A stretch of 32,063 bases of DNA from Microcoleaceae cyanobacterium. Lineage in GTDB: Bacteria; Cyanobacteriota; Cyanobacteriia; Cyanobacteriales; Microcoleaceae. The notes beneath the pieces are model-generated. The model was given only the letters and a program-made list of their open reading frames with translations, was not told the origin of the DNA and searched no databases. A program made the translations under genes and the position numbers. Of the stretch, positions 1 through 7,550 are shown piece by piece (position 1 is the stretch's first letter; each line of letters begins with the position of its first letter). The DNA lies in the NCBI GenBank assembly GCA_051652765.1, contig JBOFUV010000143.1, forward strand, positions 1 to 32,063, read 5' to 3'.

Positions 1-43
1 AAATATAAAAACTCTCAATCTCTCTCTCTGTATACGTTTCACC

Positions 44-135
44 TGCCCCAGTACTGCCCCAGTACTGCCCCAAACCAGCCCCAAAAGTGCCCCAAAAGTG
101 CCCCAAACTGCCCCAAAAGTGCCCCAACTGCCCCA
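44..135 (-). repeat. Iteron-like array 1: nine (T/A)GCCCCA heptamers
   Basis: Units start at 44,55,66,77(A variant),88,99,109,120,129, spacing 9-11 bp. Reverse complement of the array inside rep. Confidence 0.9.
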
Positions 136-186
136 GAGCTAAAAACAAGGGTTTTTGAGTATTAATACTTATGGGCCATCTCAACT

Positions 187-232
187 AAAAAGCTTGGGGC
201 CATCCATCTCTGAATTGGGCCCCAAGCTTTTT
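187..232. terminator. 15-bp perfect inverted repeat, probable terminator of the RHH gene
   Basis: AAAAAGCTTGGGGCC (187-201) / GGCCCCAAGCTTTTT (218-232), with A/T tracts on both sides. Confidence 0.65.
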
Positions 233-296
233 GGTGTTGTGTATTGGAAAACCAGCTAACTAGCTTTACTCGTTATGACTGGATCAGTCTCAACGG

Positions 297-521
297 TCAC
301 TCTTCAGATGTGTTCGATTTACTCTGCACCTGGCTAATGTTTTCGGTAAGAATCTCTCCTGAAGCCTCTGCCTCTGCAATTTCTCTTTGCAGCAACCACA
401 CCAAGAGATTACTCAATGACCTGACTCGGCTTTTCGCCAACATCTCTCCTTTGCGTTTCAACTCCTCTTCAAGGTAGACGTTGACTCTTGGCAGCTTACT
501 GGGCACGGCTGACGTATTCAT
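297..521 (-). CDS. Ribbon-helix-helix (CopG/Arc-like) transcriptional regulator
   Basis: 74 aa, RVNVYL beta-ribbon then EELKRKGEMLAKSRVRSLSNLLVWLL helices. Divergent from the element operon. Confidence 0.8.
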   Translation of the reverse strand: MNTSAVPSKLPRVNVYLEEELKRKGEMLAKSRVRSLSNLLVWLLQREIAEAEASGEILTENISQVQSKSNTSEE

Positions 522-536
522 GTTTGCAGAACCATT

Positions 537-597
537 GTACAGTACCCCCTCATTTTACTAAATGGGGTTGACGGTGGGTGTACTTTTGACGTACAGT
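537..597 (+). promoter_or_regulatory. Sigma70-type promoter with GTAC operator-like boxes
   Basis: TTGACG (568-573), 18 nt, TACAGT (592-597). GTAC at 537, 542, 580 and 591; GTACAGT occurs twice. Confidence 0.55.
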
Positions 598-636
598 TAA
601 CCCCATGGAGGATTTTTGAGCACTACTGGCTCAAAA

Positions 637-666
637 CCTTACGACACACCTTACGAATCCCTTACG
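637..666 (+). repeat. Three phased CCTTACG direct repeats
   Basis: At 637, 649 and 660, immediately before RBS GGAGAGG and ATG 679. Confidence 0.7.
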
Positions 667-678
667 CAGGAGAGGTTT

Positions 679-1143
679 ATGTACGAAGACTCAGACAACT
701 TTACGATTGCTGAAGCGGCTGAGATGACGGGCTACAGTCCCAAATCTCTGACCCGCAATGACAGCGGTGGCATCTTAAACCGGGTCGCCTCTGTCAACCC
801 CAACATCTTCACCCCTGACGGCTACATCACTCGTGAAGGGGTCAACCTGATTGCTAACTACAAAGATGCTCTGGCGGCTGGGCGAACTTATGACGAATGG
901 CGGTCTGAATTTATGGCTGAGATTGCCCCTATCGTGCCTGTTCAGGTGATGCCAGAGAATGACCAGGTCACGCCTAGCGTGGTCAACTTTCAGAACGAGA
1001 TTGCTAAATGGGCAGAGCAGACGGCAGAGCATTACGAGCGTCTGGGGGAAAACCTAGCGCATAAGGTTTATGTTGAGTCGTTCTCTGCCGGGTTCAATCG
1101 GGGCAAGTCCCGGTTGGTTGATGTATTCAAACAGTCCAAATAA
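679..1143 (+). CDS. HTH DNA-binding protein (excisionase/MerR-like N-terminus, helical C-terminus); alternative TTG start at 616
   Basis: FTIAEAAEMTGYSPKSL HTH pattern. RBS GGAGAGG precedes ATG 679. Confidence 0.7.
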   Translation: MYEDSDNFTIAEAAEMTGYSPKSLTRNDSGGILNRVASVNPNIFTPDGYITREGVNLIANYKDALAAGRTYDEWRSEFMAEIAPIVPVQVMPENDQVTPSVVNFQNEIAKWAEQTAEHYERLGENLAHKVYVESFSAGFNRGKSRLVDVFKQSK

Positions 1144-1162
1144 TTAGGGAGGATTTCAGAAG

Positions 1163-1519
1163 ATGGCAACACTAGAAGTCGAAGAACTTTATTACGAATA
1201 CAAGCAAGACAAAACATACTTTGTTGAGGTCAGATGTTTTCAGGGAAGTCCAATTAGTGGAATAGATTTTACTCGTTTAGTGGTTGAATCTGGCTATGAC
1301 CCTACCGACGTTGAGCAGATAGGAAAATGCAAACGAGAAGTCATATTTGTTGAGCACAAAGTTCAAGCAACTTCTCAGATTATTCGTAACGCAATTAAAC
1401 TTCTTGACGATGCAGTTTCTAAATTATCCGAGTCTACTGATTGGCTTGATAGCAGGAATCCTGGCTACATCAATGATGAAGAAAATTCGCAAAAGAATCG
1501 CTTGGTCAGTGTTGGATGA
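1163..1519 (+). CDS. Hypothetical protein
   Basis: 118-aa ORF with GGAGGA RBS at ~1149, in operon orientation. Confidence 0.7.
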   Translation: MATLEVEELYYEYKQDKTYFVEVRCFQGSPISGIDFTRLVVESGYDPTDVEQIGKCKREVIFVEHKVQATSQIIRNAIKLLDDAVSKLSESTDWLDSRNPGYINDEENSQKNRLVSVG

Positions 1520-1604
1520 ACTACAGGAAATAGCGATAAGCTCTAAAGATCCTATGTGGGATACCTTTGAAGACATTAAACAACGAGTTGAACAATTGAG
1601 GTAA
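1472..1604 (+). CDS. Possible small hypothetical protein (3' part of ORF 1347-1604)
   Basis: MMKKIRKRIAWSVLDELQ... fills the gap up to 1611 but overlaps the previous ORF by 48 nt. Confidence 0.35.
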
Positions 1605-1610
1605 CAATAA

Positions 1611-2117
1611 ATGGGACTACTTTCTAAGTTCATGGGTAATGGAGACAGCAATCTTTCTCGCCGTTCAGGGATGCCCAATGTCAATATTGAATCTTATTCT
1701 CCTCATGGGAATAAGTACGATTTTCATGACCTTGTTCACGGCAATTTTAGCGGTGTTAATCGTCTGTCAGAACATGAGGTTGCTCAGGCAGAAGAGACAG
1801 CGCAGACCCTTAAGCAACAAGAATCCTTCTACAGACGGAAAAGTGTTGCAGAGGACGGGGCTATGACTTCTGCCAGACGAATTCATGGGCAAGAACAGCA
1901 AAGCCTACGCCATCGCCTGAATGAAGGGCTAACGATGCGAGGTCAAGCCGTCAACAGCAAGAACTTTGTTGAGACACGGGTCAAGCCAGAGATACACCGA
2001 CAAAACCGTTCATTGCAACTGGCAAGCGTTCAGGGACAGCAAACCATAGCTTTGATTGACCAATCCTTTGAGGTTAAGCGCAAGCGGTTGCAGTCCCTCA
2101 GATCAGGAGTGGCCTAA
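1611..2117 (+). CDS. Hypothetical Gln/Arg-rich coiled-coil protein
   Basis: 168 aa, N-terminal amphipathic-looking MGLLSKFMG, long helical Q/E/R-rich body. Confidence 0.75.
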   Translation: MGLLSKFMGNGDSNLSRRSGMPNVNIESYSPHGNKYDFHDLVHGNFSGVNRLSEHEVAQAEETAQTLKQQESFYRRKSVAEDGAMTSARRIHGQEQQSLRHRLNEGLTMRGQAVNSKNFVETRVKPEIHRQNRSLQLASVQGQQTIALIDQSFEVKRKRLQSLRSGVA

Positions 2118-2119
2118 CT

Positions 2120-2350
2120 GTGTTGACCTCCAAATACGTTGACTACATCGCCCTAGGCGTTATGGCCTTCTCTCTCTCCCAGATTGTTCACAGCTACCTG
2201 AACTTTTGGTACAGCCTGATCGTTCACCTGGCATCTGTGGCAGTTGCCATCACTCTACTCAGTGGTGAGGGCAGTCATCATCACACCAACAAAATTCTGA
2301 TTACCACAACCCTTGCAGCAATAGGAGCATTCTTCAGCTATGGATACTAA
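2120..2350 (+). CDS. Small multi-pass membrane protein
   Basis: 76 aa, about three hydrophobic segments, starts 2 nt after the previous stop. Confidence 0.7.
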   Translation: MLTSKYVDYIALGVMAFSLSQIVHSYLNFWYSLIVHLASVAVAITLLSGEGSHHHTNKILITTTLAAIGAFFSYGY

Positions 2351-2699
2351 TAGCAAACCCACTCGCAGGAACGAATGGGTAGGGCAAGCTATGTTACTAG
2401 CTCTGATCCTAACCTTTCTGGGGACAATGGCAACATTTGGGCAAACCTTGAAGCACATCTCCCTACTTGCAGGATGCATTGTCGCGGGTGAAGGCTATCG
2501 CCGCAACCAACACAACAAAGCAATTGAAGTAGACGAAACGGCTCGGGCAGAAACCGATCTAATGATTCAGGCTGACCGATTGGCCGCGATTGAACAGATT
2601 GAATCTGCCAGCCGCAAAGCTGAGATAGCGAGTCATATTGCCCGACTGCACCTGGAGCAGGTGAAGTTAGAAGTGCAGATGCAGGAGTTTAACGTCTGA
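2340..2699 (+). CDS. Membrane-anchored coiled-coil protein
   Basis: 119 aa, N-terminal hydrophobic helices (AMLLALILTFLGTMATF; ISLLAGCIVAG), helical C-terminus. Overlaps the previous stop. Confidence 0.7.
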   Translation: MDTNSKPTRRNEWVGQAMLLALILTFLGTMATFGQTLKHISLLAGCIVAGEGYRRNQHNKAIEVDETARAETDLMIQADRLAAIEQIESASRKAEIASHIARLHLEQVKLEVQMQEFNV

Positions 2700-2720
2700 T
2701 CTGTTTAGACTATGAAACCC

Positions 2721-2758
2721 AACGGGTTTATTTTTTCTCTAAGGTAAACCCGTTTTTT
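2721..2758 (+). terminator. Rho-independent terminator of the 679-2699 operon
   Basis: AACGGGTTTA (2721-2730) / TAAACCCGTT (2745-2754) followed by a T run. Confidence 0.7.
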
Positions 2759-3253
2759 GGGATTGGAGTTTAGTGGTTAATGCAGTCTCTAATCGCTATT
2801 TAGTGAATAGCAATCTTTTCTATTTATGAGTAGTTGATCAGAACTGGGTTGTTGTTGAAAATTGATGTTCTGTACGGAGATTTGAATTAGGACACGTTAG
2901 CGCTTTAACTTACGGCTTCCAGGCTTAAGCTAGGGAATATGCGTGAAAGGGTTTTTGATTTGTTCTAGGGGCAATTTTGCGACGCTCACAGCATTAACCG
3001 GGTCAAGGCTGACTTGAGACAAAATTCAGTAGTCGGGGCAAGTCTATGTATCTAGTACTACTTTCATACGAAGGAATAAGGAAAAAGCCCAAAGAATCGC
3101 CAAGTTTTCTATACGAAAGGTATAAGCTTTATAGGTTCATATCGTACAAATCCTTACAATTCCGCACACCTCTTGAATTTACCCGTAATTTCACGAATAG
3201 ATTAATTATTCAAGTAGCCGAATATACCCAGTTTTGTAGGAATATCTGATCTC

Positions 3254-3550
3254 ATGGCTGTATTCAAATGTAGGGGAGTAAAACATCAATTAATACTGTT
3301 TCAAATGGTGTTTTACTACTTGCACGATCTGGGTTATCTAAAGGTTTGGAAGAATAACATCTCAAAGGTTAAGGGAACTTCTCATGCTTATCAGTTGATA
3401 CTGACGATTACTCTAGGTGAAAAAATTGGTGAAGTAAAAAATCTTGAGATGTATAGACCACTGACCACGAAAGAAAGAGAGTTTGCAGAGAGGATGAAAA
3501 TACTCGAATCGCATACAGAACCCGGCGATCCAATTGAGCCTTTTGAATAG
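3254..3550 (+). CDS. Hypothetical protein (possibly a gene fragment)
   Basis: 98-aa ATG ORF; YLHDLGYLKV is reminiscent of a winged-helix wing, but no family was recognised. Confidence 0.45.
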   Translation: MAVFKCRGVKHQLILFQMVFYYLHDLGYLKVWKNNISKVKGTSHAYQLILTITLGEKIGEVKNLEMYRPLTTKEREFAERMKILESHTEPGDPIEPFE

Positions 3551-3632
3551 AAATGCAGAGTATCAGAGGTCGTGGGGTTTGCTCTAAAGAGGAAATATGG
3601 TTTAATTTTCAACATGACTGCAAAAAACAATG

Positions 3633-3825
3633 GACGAGAGAACCCTGCGACATCCGCGAGGATGGCTTAACGCACACAGGGACTCTATTCGTGAAATGAC
3701 GACATAACGTCAGCTTTTACCAGAAAGTCAGTAGCGATAGAGTCATCCGGCGGGGGGGGAGCTTTGGTCATCCCCTATTGTGGAGGTAAACATGCCTTCA
3801 CCCTATGCGCCTCATTGATTATAGG
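3633..3825 (+). other. Structured rep leader / candidate ncRNA
   Basis: CATCC-GCGA-GGATG inside CCCTG/CAGGG; GACTCTAT/ATAGAGTC; TGACG/CGTCA; GTGGAGG/CCTTCAC; CCTAT/ATAGG. Confidence 0.5.
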
Positions 3826-3832
3826 AGTGTTG

Positions 3833-3912
3833 AAAAACAAAACCACTGCTCTGTACTTAGGGTTTGAGAGCAGCGGCCTGTTATTTATCACTTTCCAACT
3901 GAGGAAATCATA
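3833..3912 (-). ncRNA. Predicted ~80-nt antisense (copy-control) RNA opposite the rep RBS
   Basis: Minus-strand TTGCTG (3947-3942), 17 nt, TATTAT (3924-3919). Hairpin CCACTGCTCT/AGAGCAGCGG (3843-3876) followed on the minus strand by TTTTGTTTTT. Confidence 0.5.
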
Positions 3913-3914
3913 CC

Positions 3915-6338
3915 ATGAATAATATTGCATCGTGCCAGACTCAGCAACAAGGTAACGATCAGGTTTTCGAAGTTCAAATCGATTTGTCCAAGCGAATTCT
4001 GGCTCACATCTTCCGCAACGCCAGACAACAGCCAGAAGGACAGCAGAGCAAAGTTAAGCTCATCTACGATCACGGGCTAAGACCTGAACATCTTCACCCC
4101 CATTACTACGGGTCAGTTTATCAGGCTTGCCTCATCCTGGATGCACAGGACAAGCTTTGTGACTTGATGATGGTCTCTTCTGAGTTGCTACAGGGTAGCT
4201 ATCCTGAGCGAGCTTGGAGAGACATTATCGTAGATATCAATAGTTTTGTAGTCACTGACTTCTTTGCTGTCAATGAAGATGCAGTATTTCAGAACGTCCA
4301 GGAGTTAATCAAGTTAAATCAGGCCGTCAATAAACCTCTGGATGAACCCCTAGAACTGAAAGACTTCATCAAGCGCTACAACCAATCTAGTGACTCTGAA
4401 GTTGACAAACAGGTCAGCTTAATCGTTGCCTCTAGGGGATATAAGCTCGGTGTTAAAGAGCTTAAAGACCTCTGTGAAATTGGACAAAGAGAATCAGAAC
4501 AGCAAGAGTTTTTTAAGTCTCCCGAGTTCAAATTACCCTCACTCATTGAAGCTCGTAAACCAAGCCTAAACCCTTGCCGCTACCTGTTTGGTGACGGGGG
4601 CAAGTTGGCGCGCGCGCTGGTCAAACGCGCCAGGGCGATGAGCACGATTCCTGACTTTCTTTTCACCACGCTGTTACCAGTCGCTGCCAGTATCGCCGGG
4701 GGACAGAATAAGGTCATCGTTAAAGCCGACGGCAATTACACTCAGCCCCTTATGTTCTGGACAGCAATTGTCGGTCGCTCGGGAACGCTCAAGACCCCGG
4801 CACAAATGGCGATAGTCTCACCTTTAGAGCAGATGGAGGTAGCGGCCTATGAGCAATACAGGCGAGACCTCGAGGAGTGGAATAAAACCGATAAAGATGA
4901 CCGCAAAGAAGAACCAGTCCGTCAGCGGTTCATGTCCAAAGACTCCACACTTGAAGCCTTAGAGAGTATTCACCATCAAAACCCCAGAGGATTACTGGTT
5001 TATCGAGATGAGTTAATTGGTGACCTCAAATCAATGGGGCAGTACAAGAAAAATAACTCCGATCTAGAATCCACACTACAGCAGTGGAACGGTGGAACCT
5101 TGATGGTTGACCGACAGAGCCGGAACGTCATGATTCCCAACTGCTCAATCTCACGAACTGGAGCCTATCAATGGAGTGCTTTAAAGGAAGCCTTGCAGGG
5201 CAAAATTGAAAACGGTTATAACGCTCGCTGGTTATTCTGTGCCGTTCAAGCACCGAAACGAAGGCTCAACCTACTGTCTGAACCATCCCCAGACACCCTA
5301 GACGGAGAATTAGCCCATCTTTATCAACACCTACGACTTCACCAAAACCCCAAAGACTACTTACTCAGCCGGGATGCCTTAGCACCCTTTGACGCTTGGC
5401 ATCGTCAGCTTGTGAATTGGCAAGACGAGGAATCAGATAAAAGCATTGAGCTTGTCTATTCCAAGACTGAAGCTTACACCTTGCGAATAGCCCTATGGTT
5501 GCACCTGGTCAACAGTGCCTTAGCTGGGATTGAAGCACCCCCAACAATCTCGGGGCAGACGATGGAACTAGCAATTGAACTAGCTGGGTACTATTTGGGG
5601 CAGGCAAAATTGGTTTACCTGATGCAGGACATGATCCATGAAGATGCTCTAGCATTCTGGGAAAAAACCACAAAGTTAACTGAACCCAGAACGATCACCC
5701 AGTTACGGAACAACAATTTTAAACGAACCAAATTAAGGTCAGTTCCGATACTCCGTCAACTTGCTCAGACATTAGCTGAACAGGGGCGAGGGATCTACAA
5801 CTCAAAAGATGACACCTGGCAAGCTGTCCCAGAAGATCTTGAGAACTATCGGGTTAATTATGACAATCCATTCCAAGACTGTGACCCAATCAAAATACTA
5901 GATACTGCTCAAACAGGCTCAGAGAGAGGGCTTGAGCCGATTGGGGCAGTGCTGGGGCAGATTGGGGCAGGTTTGGGGCAGTCTGGGGCAGGTTTGGGGC
6001 AGATTGGGGCACTTTTGGGGCAGTCTGGGGCAGGTTTTGGGGCAGGCAAAACCCTGACTCAGAGCCAGTTTCAGAAAAACACCCCCCCCAAATTGGGGCA
6101 GGAATTGGGGCAAGTAGAAAAACAGGAAAATCAGGTAGAAATCTTTTTTAATTTGGTTCCCAATTGCAACACCCCAGATGCAGTTTTAAGTCTGTGGCAG
6201 GGGCTAAATTCCCAAAGTCGTTCTGAAGTTATGCGGTCAATCGAGAGTTTTGACCCCAAGGCTCAACCCATAATCGCTAAAGTTGGTCAGATGAATCTCA
6301 GATGGAAAGATAACACCCTGACTCAACGAGTTCGTTAA
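3915..6338 (+). CDS. Replication protein: DnaB-like N-terminal domain + DUF3987 (YfjI-type) P-loop ATPase/helicase-like domain
   Basis: N-terminal GLRPEHLHPHYYGSVYQACLIL...CDLMMVSSEL resembles DnaB_N. Walker A GRSGTLKT, DSTLEAL, Walker B LLVYRDE, NGYNARWL. Confidence 0.8.
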   Translation: MNNIASCQTQQQGNDQVFEVQIDLSKRILAHIFRNARQQPEGQQSKVKLIYDHGLRPEHLHPHYYGSVYQACLILDAQDKLCDLMMVSSELLQGSYPERAWRDIIVDINSFVVTDFFAVNEDAVFQNVQELIKLNQAVNKPLDEPLELKDFIKRYNQSSDSEVDKQVSLIVASRGYKLGVKELKDLCEIGQRESEQQEFFKSPEFKLPSLIEARKPSLNPCRYLFGDGGKLARALVKRARAMSTIPDFLFTTLLPVAASIAGGQNKVIVKADGNYTQPLMFWTAIVGRSGTLKTPAQMAIVSPLEQMEVAAYEQYRRDLEEWNKTDKDDRKEEPVRQRFMSKDSTLEALESIHHQNPRGLLVYRDELIGDLKSMGQYKKNNSDLESTLQQWNGGTLMVDRQSRNVMIPNCSISRTGAYQWSALKEALQGKIENGYNARWLFCAVQAPKRRLNLLSEPSPDTLDGELAHLYQHLRLHQNPKDYLLSRDALAPFDAWHRQLVNWQDEESDKSIELVYSKTEAYTLRIALWLHLVNSALAGIEAPPTISGQTMELAIELAGYYLGQAKLVYLMQDMIHEDALAFWEKTTKLTEPRTITQLRNNNFKRTKLRSVPILRQLAQTLAEQGRGIYNSKDDTWQAVPEDLENYRVNYDNPFQDCDPIKILDTAQTGSERGLEPIGAVLGQIGAGLGQSGAGLGQIGALLGQSGAGFGAGKTLTQSQFQKNTPPKLGQELGQVEKQENQVEIFFNLVPNCNTPDAVLSLWQGLNSQSRSEVMRSIESFDPKAQPIIAKVGQMNLRWKDNTLTQRVR
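5942..6112 (+). repeat. Iteron-like array 2 (putative origin) embedded in the rep CDS
   Basis: Ten TGGGGCA at 5942,5953,5963,5974,5984,5995,6005,6016,6026,6038 plus two at 6094 and 6106, followed by an AT-rich stretch (~6113-6155). Confidence 0.85.
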
Positions 6339-6350
6339 CCCAATCTGGCA

Positions 6351-7526
6351 ATGAAATCTAAATCCAAACAAACCCTTCGCTACAAGGGCAACTTTGGGGT
6401 AACTATTGATGGGAATTCCCTGAGAATTTCACTACCCAGAGAGCTAGTTCATAACAACAATAGACATTTCTACCCCGGTTTGAGGAATACCCCAGAAGGT
6501 TGGGCAATGGCTAAACGCCTTTCAGCCGAAATGGAACGAGACTACCTAAATGGCAACTTTGATGTCAGCCTCAATAAGTACAAACGCAAGGCAACCCCCA
6601 TCATCAAACAGCCTAAAGCCTTAACTCTTGTCGAGTTGAGTTTGATGTACTGGGAATCTCAAAAGCCTACAATCTCACCCAACTATGAAAAGGCTGGGTT
6701 TGGCACGATGCACAACCACCTGGCGCGGTCACCCTATGCTGAGATTGTGCCTGATGCCAACACTAGCGGCTGGGCACAAGGGCTATTTGATTGGTCAGCA
6801 GCATCGAGGCTAAGCCCCGACACTCGCAAGCGGCTACTACAATATCTGAACCGTTGTCTAGAATGGGCGATCGCAGCAAAACGGGTTAAGCTCCAGCGGT
6901 CACCCTTTGAAGGAATGGCAAGCAAAATCAGGCTCCATCGTACCAGAGCCAAGTCTAACGCCAAGCCATTTACTCAAGATGAGGTCAGACAGATTTTGAT
7001 CTGGTTTGCCGAACACAGAACATACAGGCACTATCAATGGTTCATGGCCTTCCTGTTTGCAACAGGCTGTCGCCACAATGAAGCTCAAGCCCTATGGGAT
7101 GACACTGTCTCCTTCACCCGCAAAACCGTCACATTCACTCACAGAATGGTTAATGCTCAAGGTGGCAGACAGCGGCTATCAGGACTAAAGTCTCAGCCCG
7201 AACGGACTATTTATATGAATGATCAAATCAAAAATATTCTCTCAAAAGCCAAAGACAGCGCTGTCAATCAATTTGTGTTCCCCAGTATTAAAGGATTTGC
7301 AATTGACCCCGCTGTCTTTGGTGAGATCTGGCACAAGTGCTTAGCTGAGCTAGGCATTGAAGACCGTAACCCCAATCAAACCCGTCATACCTTTGCTAGC
7401 CTATGCGCTAAACAGGGAATGCCCCCAGTGGAACTAGCTGAAATCATGGGCAATAAACCTCAGACAGCTATCGATAACTACGTTGCAAGTGTAGGTGAAA
7501 CTTTCATCCCAGAGTTTAATTTTTAA
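6351..7526 (+). CDS. Tyrosine recombinase / phage-type integrase with N-terminal arm-binding domain
   Basis: TGCRHNEA (R), LKSQ (K), NQTRHTFAS, MGN, IDNY (Y). N-terminal LRISL...MERDYLNGNFD arm-binding-like domain. Confidence 0.95.
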   Translation: MKSKSKQTLRYKGNFGVTIDGNSLRISLPRELVHNNNRHFYPGLRNTPEGWAMAKRLSAEMERDYLNGNFDVSLNKYKRKATPIIKQPKALTLVELSLMYWESQKPTISPNYEKAGFGTMHNHLARSPYAEIVPDANTSGWAQGLFDWSAASRLSPDTRKRLLQYLNRCLEWAIAAKRVKLQRSPFEGMASKIRLHRTRAKSNAKPFTQDEVRQILIWFAEHRTYRHYQWFMAFLFATGCRHNEAQALWDDTVSFTRKTVTFTHRMVNAQGGRQRLSGLKSQPERTIYMNDQIKNILSKAKDSAVNQFVFPSIKGFAIDPAVFGEIWHKCLAELGIEDRNPNQTRHTFASLCAKQGMPPVELAEIMGNKPQTAIDNYVASVGETFIPEFNF

Positions 7527-7528
7527 GG

Positions 7529-7550
7529 TTTGGTGAGAATTTGGTGGGAA
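7529..7550 (+). repeat. Probable integrase arm-type binding sites
   Basis: TTTGGTGAGAA / TTTGGTGGGAA tandem (10/11 identical) directly after the int stop. Confidence 0.6.

Noticed and set aside
1..140. Tail of a second rep gene on the minus strand
   Set aside because: The Gly-Ala frame hits a stop, spacing does not preserve the peptide repeat, and no long ORF leads into it
244..477. Plus-strand 77-aa ORF
   Set aside because: Antisense to the better-supported RHH gene
3046..3249. 67-aa ORF, or frameshift fusion with 3254-3550
   Set aside because: No family similarity. The 3254 frame is closed by TAG at 3215, so a fusion is unsupported without homologs.
3681..3745. Hammerhead ribozyme or tRNA
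   Set aside because: No CUGANGA core on either strand, and no T-loop or CCA features
5919..6113. Minus-strand CP-repeat ORF (64 aa)
   Set aside because: Antisense shadow of the iteron array inside rep
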